Shown here: piece after piece, positions 17,230-29,220 of the stretch
How the letters are laid out: every line of letters starts with the position of its first letter
How positions within the stretch are numbered: position 1 is the stretch's first letter
DNA from: the human T2T-CHM13v2.0 reference genome, Homo sapiens
Direction: 5' to 3' (one strand)
DNA length: 64,000 nucleotides
Assembly: GCF_009914755.1 (NCBI RefSeq)
Contig: NC_060931.1
The notes under the pieces: generated by a model
Database searches by the model: none
The model's input: only the letters and a program-made list of their open reading frames with translations
Told to the model about the DNA's origin: nothing
Translations under genes and position numbers: made by a program

Positions 17230-18224
17230 CTAACATCTTATTGGAACTTGATTCTCCCCTTTCCTTACTTATTTGTGTCCCATGTGTAACTGTGTCTCCT
17301 TCAATGGATTCACATTTTTCAGGTATAAGAAAGTTACTTTTACAGTAAATTTCAAAACACAATAGCAAAAGCATATTAAATGAACCCTGCAACCTTGAGC
17401 AGATCATTGCATTTTCAGTATCTATTGAATGTGAAGATAAGTTCACCTATGTGTCTTAATAGAACTCTTGTAATAACTTGCCCCTATGGTAGAGTGGGAG
17501 GGCACTGAGCCCACAGATTGGAAATTCATAATCTAGAATAGTAGTCACCAAACTGTTTTGATTATGCATCAGCAGAAAATTTGAGGATTCATCCCTATTA
17601 TTTATGTTAAAATTACATATATGCTATTAACAATCCATAAAATCAAATGTTAATATGGCTTAGATTCTTATTTTAGATACAAATAGAAGTTCTAATTTTT
17701 TTTCTTGCCTCCCATGGATCATTGTATTCACTACTTGAATATTCCTGCTTCCCACTTTAGCAATCTCTGTTTTAGGAAACACCAAAATTACTGGCTGGAA
17801 AGTGATCCAGGATATCAGTCAATGGGTTTGTTTTGCCCACACAATGCCAACGAACCACATGGACTAAATTTGCACTGAATTGCCTGTCTTTGATTGAGTT
17901 GGCTCCACTGAGAAGTTATTTTGGCATCTGGTAGACACAGTCTTCATGAGCCCAGCCTTTCCTTCAGATGCCAGGGGGACAGATGTGTGTGGCTTTTGTT
18001 CCCTCCCCTCCCTTTCCACAAACCTATAGTCTACCTAACACTCTTTCATTTCTTGGCTTCAGGTAGTTTCACCCTCTCTTGAGGGAAAGGCTTGCAAGGA
18101 CAAGATAAGGACAAGCAAATGCAAAAGAGCCTTGAGTTGGGATAGAGGAAAAAACACAGGAAAGAAAATCAGGAAGAACAAGACTATTAGCGGGAGGAAA
18201 GACATTTTTTAAAAAGATGTTCAG

Positions 18225-18361
18225 GCACTTCTACCATGTGAGGGGCCCTCACCAGATGCTGAATTTGCTAGCCCCTTAATCTTGGATTTCCTAACCTCCA
18301 GAACTGTGAGCAATACATTTCTGTTTAGAAGCTGAAAAAAACAAAACAAAAACAAAAACAA
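18225..18361 (+). mobile_element. Short MaLR LTR 3' fragment with A-rich tail and L1-type TSD
   Basis: ccctcaccagatgctg...cttggatttcctaacctccagaactgtgagcaataca, tail at 18335-18361. Flanks AAAAAGATGTTCAG (18211-18224) and AAAAAGATTTTCAG (18362-18375). Confidence 0.7.
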
Positions 18362-18379
18362 AAAAAGATTTTCAGAACT

Positions 18380-20715
18380 TGTATTATTCCATTATCATGC
18401 TGCTAATAACTAATAAAGACATACCCAAGACTGGGTAATTTATAAAAGAAAGAGGTTTAATTGACTCACAGTTACTGTGAGGAAACTTACAATCATAGCA
18501 GAAGGGGAAGCAAACATGTCCTTCTTCACATGGTGGCAGCAAGCAGAAGTGCTGAGCAAAAGGGGGAAAAGCCCTTTATAAAACCATCAGATCTCATGAG
18601 ACTCACTCACTATCACAACAAAAGCATGAGGGTGATTGACCCCATGATTCAATTACCTCCTACTAGGTCCCTCCCATGACATGTGGGGATTGTGGGAATT
18701 ACAATTCAGGATGAGATTTAAGTGGGGACACAACCAAACCATATCATTCCACACCCAGCCCCTCCCAAATCTCATGTCCTCTCATTTCAAAACACAATCG
18801 TGTCTTTCCAACAGTCCCCCAAAGTCTTAACTCATTCCACCATTAACCCAAAAGTCTAAGTCCAAAGTCTCATCTGAGACAAGGCAAGTCCCTTCCGCCT
18901 ATGAGCCTGTAAAATCATAAGCAAGTTAGTTACGTCCTAGATGCAATGAGGGTACAGGCATTGGGTAAATACACCCATTCCAATGGGAGAAACTGGACAA
19001 TACAAAGGGACTACAGGCCCCATGCAAGTCTGAAATCCAGTAGGGTAGTCATTAAACCTTACAGTTCCAAAATGATTCTCCTTTGACTCCATGTCTCATA
19101 TCCAGGTCACGCTGATGCAAGAGGTGAGCTCCAATGGCCTTGGGCAGCTCCGTCCCTGTGGCTTTGCAGGGAACACCTCCCCTTCTGGCTGCTTTCATGG
19201 GGTGGTGTTGAGTGTCTGCAGCTTTTCCAGGTGCACAATGCAAGCTGTCAGTGGATCTACCATTTTGGGGTCTGGAGGATGGTGGCCCTCTTCTCACAGT
19301 TCCACTAGGCAGTGCCCCAGTGGGGACTCTGTGTGAGGGCTCCAACCCCACATTTCCCTTCCACACTGCCCTAGCAGAGGCTCTTCATGAGAGCTCCCCA
19401 TCTGCAGCAGACTCCTTCCTGGACATCCAGGCATTTCCATATATCCTCTGAAGTCTAGATGTAGGTTCCCAAACCTCAATTCTTGACTTCTATGCATCTG
19501 CAAGCCCAACCACATGGTAGCTGCCAAGGCTTGGGGCTTGTACCCTCCGAAGCAATGGTCTGAGCTGTACCTTGGCCCTTTTAGCCATGGCTGAATCCAA
19601 AGCATCTGGGACTCAGGGCACCATGTCCTGAGGCTGCTTAGAGCAGGTAGGTCCTGGGCCCAGCCCATGAAACCATTTTTCCCTCCTAGGCCTCCAGGCC
19701 TGTGATGGGAGGGGCTGCCATGATGGTCTCTGACATGCCCTGGAGACATTTTCCTCATTGTTTTGGCAATTAACACTGGGCTCCTCATTACTTATGCAAA
19801 TTTCTGCAGCTGGGTTGAATTTTTCCCAAGAAAATGAGTTTTTCTTTTCTACTGCATCATCAGGCTGCAAATTCTCCAAACTTTCTACTCTGTTACCTCT
19901 TGAATGCTTTGCTGCTTAGAAATTTCTTCCGGCAGATATCCTAAATCATCTCTCTCACGTTTAAAGTTCCACAGATCTCTAGGGCAGGGGGAAAATGCCA
20001 CCAGTCTCTTTGCTAAAGCATAACAAAAGTCATCTTTGCTCCAGTTCCCAACAAGTTCCTCATCTCCATCTGAGACCACCTCAGCCTAGATTTTATTGTC
20101 CATATCACTAACAGTATTTTGCTCAAAGCTATTAAACAAGTCTCTAGGAAGTTCCAAACTTCCCCATATCTTCCTGTCTTCTGAGCCCTCCAAGTCTCTA
20201 GGAAGTTCCAAACTTTCTCACACTTTCCTGTCTTTTTCTGATCCCTCCAAACTGTTCCAACCTTTGCCTGTTACCCAGTTCCAAAGTTGCTTCTACTTTT
20301 TGGGGTATCTTTAAGCAGAACCCCACTCCCAGTACCAACTTACTGTATTAGTCCATTCTCATGCTGCTAATAAAGACCTACTTGAGACTGTATTTACAAA
20401 GGATAGAGGTTTAATTGACTCACAGTTCAGCATGGCTGGAGAGGCCTCAGGAAACTTACAATCATGGCAGAAGGGGAAGCAAGCATGTCCTTCTCCACAT
20501 GGCAGCAGCAAGGAGAAATGTCAAGCAAAAGGGGGAAAGCCCTTTATAAAACCACCAGATCCCATGAGAACTCAGTCACTATCATGAGAATAGCATGAGG
20601 GAAACTGCCTCCATGATTCAAATACCTCCCACCAGGTCCCTCCCATGACACATGGGGATTATGGGAACTATAATTCAAGATATGATTTGGGTGGGGACAC
20701 AGCCAAACCATGTCA
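18380..20715 (-). mobile_element. Complete THE1 (THE1D-like) MaLR element: LTR 18380-18746, internal 18747-20343, LTR 20344-20715
   Basis: Two homologous ~370-bp LTRs with TG..CA ends, ~1.6-kb internal region, perfect 5-bp TSD GAACT (18375-18379, 20716-20720). Confidence 0.93.
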
Positions 20716-22102
20716 GAACTAGAGCCAGGGTCAGAAGATGATCAATGTCAGGTGTGAGGAATGAGGTGAAGCACAACACTTTTAAATCCATTTGATTAAA
20801 ATATTTTGTAAGCAGGAGAAACAACCTGCACTTTTAGCAAATAAAATATTTTGATGAATTTTACTTAGCAGCGTAAGAAGAGAGAGAAATTTCCAAATAA
20901 ACAAAGCAGCAGTCAGATGATATTTATTCTACAATATTAAATTACCTACAATTATGTTTGAAAGTCAAAACGAACTGAAACAATATCCAAAATTTGAAAT
21001 GTTGTTCTAAAATAAGTACTGATTTCTCAATGCTTAAAGAAATGTCAGCTCTCCAATCTGATATCAAAGGTCCTTCACAGTCACATCCTTCCAAACTCAT
21101 CTTCATGATTTCTCAGTACAAGTACTCTACTCTCAGGGCCTCTCCAGAGCACCTACAACAGGACATACCATATCTATCTGCCTGCTTCTGATTACTGTTG
21201 TCCTTCCAGTTTGTAATCCTCTTCCTTAGATCCCTGGATCTCTCTTGTAAGACCCAATTCAGTCCTGACTCTTCCACGGAGTCCCTCCCAGCCAGTCCAA
21301 TTCATATCCATTTGTTCCTGACCAAGGAATCAAGGCCTGGTATAGGGTCTCCCCAATATCTAGTTCTACCCAATATAAAGATCAATATATTTGAGTTAAA
21401 TATATTTTTTATAAAGTAGCACAACTCTTATTTTCTTGACCTCCCACCTTTGGATCCAGAGGATTACACAGCTATCATCCAGTGTTTTCTCTTAGAATGT
21501 ATAAGGCTAGTGGTGAGTATAAGGCTAGTGAGGTATCATCAAAAGTGGTGACCCCTTTTGGACCATAACTTATCTGCCAGTGATCCCTACCTTCAGGTCC
21601 TTGTTTAAAGGGGAAACCAATGGTGCAGGCCCCAACTTAATTCAAATGAACAAAATGAGCACAGTAGTGGCTACATCCTTTGTCAGGCTCAAAAAAAAAC
21701 AGGCTCAGTTCTCCCATAGTTTTTCTCCCCCCAAATGCAACCGTATTTCATCAAAGGCAGAACCCACTCCTCCTGGGCCTCTTACTGCAAGGTTGTCGCA
21801 TCAGAAAACCAATTTTCTTCTCACTGGTTTAGTTATTTCTAAGTCTCCGTAATGAGATTTTGAAAACATTATTATTGGGTTAATAAATGTTTCTTGCTTA
21901 AAGGAACAAAGTTTAATAATATAGGAACCAAAACGTTTGTGTGGTTAGGTCAGCAATGACCAATACAAAGTAATTTACTTTCTTATCATAGTACTTACAG
22001 CTTTAAAATAAGTTATAAATAAAACTTACAGTTTTAAAATAAATTTGGTTCCTCATCAAAATAAGATAATCACAAATGAAACTTTAAGAAATTCCCTAAG
22101 CA

Positions 22103-22222
22103 TAGTGTGACCATGCAATCTATTACCCAAATTAGGACACTTAAGAGTGAAGGGGGTTATTAATAATTAAACTGGGACAGCAGGTGTAAACCAAGGTGGC
22201 TCTAGGATATATAGTCATCCTA
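22103..22222 (+). mobile_element. MER94-like DNA transposon
   Basis: tagtgtgaccat...gagtgaagggggttattaataatt...gtcatccta; similar to the copy at 16108. Confidence 0.7.
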
Positions 22223-22249
22223 CTTATGTGTCATCCTATTATTTTGACA

Positions 22250-22470
22250 AGTGAACATTTATTGACTATTGTTATACTCTGAGGGCCTTACATATAAATA
22301 ACCTCTCCTACTACTAAAATTAAACCTGCAGTATAGATATTACTAATTGCATTTTGCAAAAGAAAAAAATAAAGCTCAGAATTACTAAGTAACATGATGA
22401 AGGCTGTAAGGCTAGTAAATGATAGAAGCAAGATTTGAAATAGGCATGGTTCAAAATTCATGCTGCTCCC
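22250..22470 (-). mobile_element. MIR
   Basis: cattttgcaaaagaaaaaaataaagctcaga...gctagtaaatgatagaagcaagatttgaa. Confidence 0.6.
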
Positions 22471-22530
22471 ACCATAAGGTACTGTTTCTTCTGTGATGTT
22501 ATGTAATAATTTATGTTTCCATCTCTATAG

Positions 22531-22749
22531 CAAGGGTCAGCAAACATTTCCTCTAAAGGATCAGACAGTAAATAGTTTAGGCTTACAGGCCATATGATCT
22601 CTGTTGCAACTATTCAACTCTGTACTTGCAGCACAAAACAGGCATGGACAATATGTTAGCGAATATAACATTTGTTCCAATGAAACTTGATTTACAAAAA
22701 CAGGCAGCGAGCTGTATTTGGCCTGAGGGCCATTGTTCAGCAACCCCTG
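22531..22749 (+). mobile_element. MER58A hAT-Charlie DNA transposon
   Basis: TIRs caagggtcagcaaac / gcaacccctg; 8-bp TSD-like ctctatag/atctatac. Confidence 0.85.
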
Positions 22750-23292
22750 ATCTATACTCTAGACCCTATAATGTCTCTGATTGGACAGGCAGAGGTTCTA
22801 GCTCACCTTTTCTATATTATAAATTAGCACGGTGTTTTGAACAAGATTGGGAACTACCTGTCAGCAATAAGCATTTACTGAATGAGTGAATTAAGGAGGA
22901 AAGCTTGTTTGGAAATGCTGTATTTTATTATCTGGGAATCAAGGAAATTCCTTAACCTACATTAATGGAAACATCTACAGTTCTTCAGAAAACAGTATTA
23001 AGTAACAGGAGGGTTTCCATAATCACTGATGATATACCACAATGGATTGACAGCAATCTATCCCTACAAAGAACTGTGAGACAGTCTCAAAAGTATTTTT
23101 AAAAGGTAGAATATGGAATTCCCTAGTACACTTCCTGGTACTGCACTGACAACATGCCCCAATTCTTTCTGGATTGGGTACCACAAAGGAGGATGTTGCC
23201 CTTATAATCACTGCTGAGACCAGATCTGTGAGTGCCAAAGAGAGAGCAAGGTCACTAACAAGAAGCACAGGACTTCACTTGCAGCTTCTACT

Positions 23293-23302
23293 GTGACGTC
23301 AC
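23293..23302. promoter_or_regulatory. Perfect palindromic CRE/ATF site GTGACGTCAC
   Basis: Exact motif in non-repeat sequence; function not demonstrated. Confidence 0.3.
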
Positions 23303-26300
23303 GCATTCAACATGATGCAACAAGTGGAGGGATGTCTTGACAGTACAGAGACACTGCTTTCCTGATCCCACCTCTCTGGTAACCATTTTTTGCTCATGTC
23401 AATATTACACATGAACAATAACAACCATAATAAAGGCACAACTTTAAAAGCAATCTAAGAGACTAAGAAAAAGTGAGAAGAACAAAATGATTCCTTTAAT
23501 AAATAGCATAACATTGAGATTTCTTGTGGATGCCAGCGAAACAGATGCATGGTTTAAGTAAATCAAACAGAATTAGAAATAAAGGCAGGTAAAACCAAAT
23601 GTCACATGGAAAAATGAGCAATTGCACTGTTAAAAATTATCAAAAAGATATTTTTTAAAAAGATTAAAGCATATAAATGATGCTCCCTACTTTATTTTTA
23701 AACATGTATTAACATATCCATATTTGAATTTTTTCACCAACATTTTTGGATACAGGAGACTAGGTTCGTACAGAGAACAGTATTAGCCTATTATCTACTT
23801 ACACATTCCCACGATGCTTATCTACACAGCATACAGAACGGATAAACACAACTCCTAAAAAAACAAAGGCATGCACACAGAATGCTTCCATTCCACGTAA
23901 GCACTGACTGATATGCACTCAAAGACAACCTGATAAGAGCAAAGCTTTGCTTGTTTAGGTGAATGAGGTATGTGAGCATCACGTGCCAAAGAACTATGCT
24001 GAAGGCAAACAAGAAGAGCCTCAAAACTCCTAAGATCTAAGCTTTGGTGAGGCAAAAAGGATAAAAGAAAAAAAAAATAGATAGAAAGCAATGGAGGAGT
24101 GGAGAAGGGAGGCTCTGGAAAAAAATGGATAGATAGGTTAGTACAGGGAGGAAGGAGCAGCAGATAAGCTAAAAGGCACAGAGTCAGGGGTGGCACAATG
24201 GGTGAGCTTTCTTTGTGGGAAATGAGCTACTGAGATTGCCCCCTCTGGTATCACCATCCTGTGAGACCCTAGCAGTAGTGATAGTTCTGGAAGCATGCTA
24301 CTCTGCAGAAAGACCCAGCATCATTTTCTTCATCCTCCCTGAACTCACAAGAGTAATGGCCCTTGCACCTAGGAATATTTCCTGTAGACAAGAACTCTTT
24401 CCTTCCTGAAGATATAATACAGGTCCACAGTACCTTACTAGCAATTCTAAAATCGAAAGAGTTCCAAAAATATGAAGTTTTCTGTAACCCTCTGGTAGCA
24501 AAATCTGACCTGACCTGAGCTGCTATAAAATTGTAGTCTATTTATCCCACAGAGTATGCCAATTCATACTTCTGGCTGCAGAAATATTAATGTGCTTGAT
24601 TCTAGAAGCTGCCCCAGTCTCTGCTGGGGGTATTATGTTACATATGGCATAGACATAGTTTAAATATGCTGTTTATAGATACTGATATCACCTTTCCAAC
24701 AGCTAAAAAGTCTGAATTCTGTACTATAAGTTTCCTAGTTTCAGATGTGATATTAACATCTTTAAATATAAGAAAAGGTGAATATTTACCAAAGAGAATA
24801 AATGTAATCAGAGACATAGGCTCAATCCTAGGTGGCATTGGCACCCTACTAGATGCTGGAAATATACAGAAGGTAATGGACATGATCCCTGTCCCTTAGG
24901 ACCTCATGATCTGGTGGGAAAGACAGATGTTTAAACAAAGTTTTGAACTACAACCTGGCATGCTAGACATACAAAGGAGCCAAGTACCCCGAGAGCAGAG
25001 GTTGTGGTCAAGCCTTGGAAAGGCTCCACTGAGCAGATTCATCAAAGTTAGCTCTAAAGGATGCTGCTGACTTCACTCTCCTAAGGGCAGATCTTCACCC
25101 ATGATATCCCTTGCCAGATTTTTATCTAGAACATTCTCCTAATCTTTCATTAATTTCAAAGGTGAGATAATGTGATAGGTTGATACAATGCAATATTTTG
25201 CAATTTGAAAGCAAAGCCCTATGGTTTGGAAGAGATTCGAAATGAGACTCTCTCTTTCAAAGGCCTCATTCTAGGACAAGTGTTTTCCTTCATTACCAAC
25301 AATTTTAACTTTAATCATTTCAAAGCAATTTTCCTGTTCAAGACTCAGCTTTAATCAGAATGCATTTTCAGGTCACTCCATAGCCTCTTCATGCTTCTCT
25401 CTAGATAACTACAGAATCATGCATAATCATTCTAGTCCCCCCAAGACACCCTCAGTAAGTTCAACATTTTATGCAAAAATAGATACAAAACAGGCCTCCG
25501 GGGGTATCTCCAGCTAATTTTCATGAATTAATTTCCCAGGATTGATGTTTATGCACCAGTCTCTTTACCACATAATCAAATCACTGGAGTTGAAGTGGTC
25601 TAACTCCTTATTTTGCAGCTTGATTAAGCAGGTGATGAAATACTTGAATATAATTTGGATAGTTAACAGCTCACACTATTCAACAATAATCCAAGGTGGA
25701 TGGATGACATTACCAACCGATGTCTCATTGTTTGCTTGTTTTCCTTCTAGTAGCTGACGTCCCACATGTTATTTTTATGTTGGAGATAAAACAGTTCATA
25801 TAAATACATGAGTGGAGAGGTGTGAAAGGCTTTAATATTGATGATGTTGTTTTAAACCACATTTAGACCAACTGGGCAGGCAGCCACCGAGACAGACTAG
25901 ATTGCCATTGGTTAAGAGAGGATTTGGGATGACAACGTATCTGGTACCCACTGCCAATCCCGCTGCTGTGGTGAATGCAGCTATTCCTCTGCTGGGGTTA
26001 CCTCTGTTCATCTGGGTGGCTATCTGGCTTCCAGCCTCTATCTAAACATCTCCCTCTACTTCCCTTTCCTCTTTTGTCTCTACTTTCAAAATAAAAGGAG
26101 AGAGGCTTAGAAAATAAACAACCAGAAATGAAAGAAGATAAATAAAAGTAACAACTACAAAGACCAAGATAGTTGCTGTGACTAGCACCATATCTGGTGC
26201 TATGTGAAGAAGACAACAGGCTGACTTACACAGCTCTCATATGAGAGGACACTTCACATTTTTAAAGAGAGACTAACATTTTCTCTGATTTAATTTTTGC

Positions 26301-27039
26301 AATACAATTCTAACATAGGGTCTAGTACAGGACACTCTAAGTATCATAACGAACAATATTCACACATTACGTTTCCCCAAAAAAGGCAGAAACAGAGTTC
26401 AAGTTGCTGGCAATTTGGTGAATATTATTTTGCATGAGACTAAGGTGACTTGGTCTTCTATGTAATCTTCTAGTCACCTAATTTATTCCAATGATAAGAA
26501 CTTAGATTACACGGAAGTTTAGATAGGTAGGACGCCCTTAACATTATCTTTGTTCATTATAATTTTTCTCAACTGTGTTTTTCATATATAAGATCTGTTC
26601 TAAGTTGTTTGTGGCCAGAGACAATTCCTGATTCCAAACTATTGCTACATGTCTGCAAGTGAATGATGAGCTAGATGAGTGATCCACTCCACTCTGCCTG
26701 TCTCCTCACCCTAGAATGACACTTCGAGTGGTCAGAGCTATAACTGCCGTTCTTAATTTACACCAGAAAATCCAGAAAATTGTGTTGTTGAAGACAAAAT
26801 AAAGCATAATAAAAGGTAATGGAAAAAGTGGTCTAAACCCGAGAAAAACTGACTTCTCAAGAAGAAACAGATCTAGCATGTGCTTGAAGTTTTAAATGTG
26901 CACATGGTGAAGGAAGATTTACCTCACTGAGATCATTACAGGTGTGGGCATGGCACAATTGGCAACACCAGTCTTAATAATGGCTGCCTGTCTGTCCAAG
27001 TGTCTGTGAAAATAAATGTCTTCTTCTATTGCCTACTCC

Positions 27040-27370
27040 TCCAGCAAAATGATCCAGATATTCCTTTTCTCCACTCCCAGCAGCTAGGCGGAAGCACCTG
27101 ACCTGGGCCCAGCCAATCAGATGCCCACACCTAGGACCATGAACATGAAAGGAGTGATGTGAAGACACAGAAACAGAGATTACTGGCAGAGACATGAGTG
27201 CCAGAAAGTGTCCAGAAACACCAATCGCCATCCTCCCTGCCTTGCTCTTGTGGAGTGGCATAGGGGTGTGCTGTGTTCCTAGCTGTGAAATTCCCAAGCC
27301 TAGTTTTCGTTGCAATTTTTCTGTAAGCTGGCCAATATTCTTCTAATTGCATCTTTTCTTCTAAAATTAG
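27040..27370 (+). mobile_element. Old ERVL LTR (LTR16/LTR33-like)
   Basis: cagctagg...cacctgacctgggcccagccaatcagatgc motif. Confidence 0.55.
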
Positions 27371-27929
27371 TAAGGATTAAAAAAAAAACACAAAACAAAG
27401 TGAGAATGGGTTTGGGTTGGTAGGCTGATGTGGAAATACTGGTGAAAGAATAATGTTTATAAGGAGATTAGAAATTAACTCTAATTCCTAATTCCACAGG
27501 TGGGAAAACTGAGGCCCAGAAATGCTACCCAGATCACTCAGTTAGCTAGAGATGGAACTTCAAAACCTATTACTGGCTCTTAATTTGAAGCCCTTTTCAC
27601 TATACCGATCAGTGAAATGAGGTATAGAACCCTAGAAATTGTAATTTTGTTAAGGGCCCTGAATCCATGCTTTCTACACCTGCTTTTACCCTAGGGAAAA
27701 GTGAGGTCTTTCATTTTCTGCAGAAAAAAACAAACATTGCACATGAAGGTTTGTACACAGCCATGCCACTCTGTTTTGGAATTGTTCTGACTTGTAGCAG
27801 CAGGGCATGTCACAAGCCACTGGGCTGTAAGGAACACTTGCTGAGGGCAACAAGAAAACTAGTGATTATTACAGTAACTTGGCTACATCAATGTGCATAA
27901 AAGGCCCTGAAAAATAAAGAAATGTGGTT

Positions 27930-29220
27930 ACTCTTTTTACTCAACACAACAGATATGCAAAGGCCTACTACATGCAAAGCACACTGCAAGGTGTTCTATT
28001 TCATAAATGTACCAAGCTGTGTGAGACACAGAATCAGGCCTTAAAAGGCTTATAATTCACAGAGGAGGATGGTTGTCATAAGCTTGACCCATGCAATGTG
28101 TTTGGCAGAAGTGGAGAAGAGGTTGTAGGAATTGAGAGTAATCTAGTGAGTAATTCAAGCCATTGAAGGATCAGGAAGAGAGACAGGTTCTCATTGGGGA
28201 AACGACCTCTGACCTCAATCTGAAGAAAAAAAAATGGCAAGAGAGTGGTCAGCAAGAGAACAGTCAGGAGTTCTTGTGATGTTGCTGACAAAAGATATAA
28301 TCATGCATAGGAAAAGAAGAAAGAAAAATGTGTTGAGATTGAAATCCAACTTTCCTAGTGTGGCATCCAGGCCCTTCATAAATGTTCCTCTGTTCTGTTT
28401 CATTTCTCAGCACTCATCAGCTTGTAGTCTGAATCACTCTTATGCCTCCTTGAAAACTCTCAGATCTCTCACAGCACACTCTGATCTCTCACAGCTCTGG
28501 ACATTTGTACATACTTTTGTTTCTGCCTCCTGGAAGGCTTTCTCTTGCTCTTTACCTTGATAACTCCTCTTGACCTTTCCACACAGTGCCTACATGCCAC
28601 CTCCTTCTGGAAGGCTTCCATGACCTCTTCCCAGTTTCAACAGCTTGTGAATAATTCTAACTAATAATTATCATACTGGGCAGTGATGGTCTATTTAGTT
28701 CTTTCTCTCTACCACTTGTGAGCTTCTTGAAGCAGGCACTGTCTCGTATTCCAAATACATGATATAAAATGGAAAGATGCTCAAAAAAGTTTGTCAGTTG
28801 ATTAGATGAATAAATGAAACTGGAGAAAATGTAGATTGGACACAACTCAGCAACTGATTGGATATGGGAGCTGAGAAAAGAACAAGGTGATGGGGGGATG
28901 ATCATTGCTTCTCACCCGCCTGGAAAGATGGTAATGCCATGAACAGTCACGGGATCACAGTACAAGGAGCAGATATGGGAAATGATGAATTCAGTTTTGT
29001 ATTATTGAATCTGAGAGTCCTATTGAATGCCACAGAAGATACCTTGCATGTGGTTGAAAATTCTGTGCAAGAGTTCAGGCAAGGGTGTGAAGTAGAACTT
29101 AGAGATTCAGGAGTTACCCAGTTGCACCCATGGGAACACAGTGCTCACAGAGGGAAAGAGAAGAAAGCAAGAGCACTAAGGGCAGATACCTGGGGGAACA
29201 CAGCATTTCGGAGGCAATGC
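27930..29220. mobile_element. Cluster of L2 fragments in both orientations
   Basis: Degenerate L2 3' motifs (ctactacatgcaaagcac; tgtgagcttcttgaagcagg; gatgaattcagttttg). Confidence 0.5.

Noticed and set aside
19052-20079. Several 64-164 aa ORFs
   Set aside because: All lie within the THE1 internal region; they are fragmented MaLR remnants.
20135-20250. ~55-bp tandem duplication (caagtctctaggaagttccaaact...)
   Set aside because: Lies in THE1-int and, as I recall, is a feature of the family consensus rather than locus-specific.
21499-21530. Direct repeat gtataaggctagtg x2
   Set aside because: Simple local tandem duplication; only two units, no array structure.
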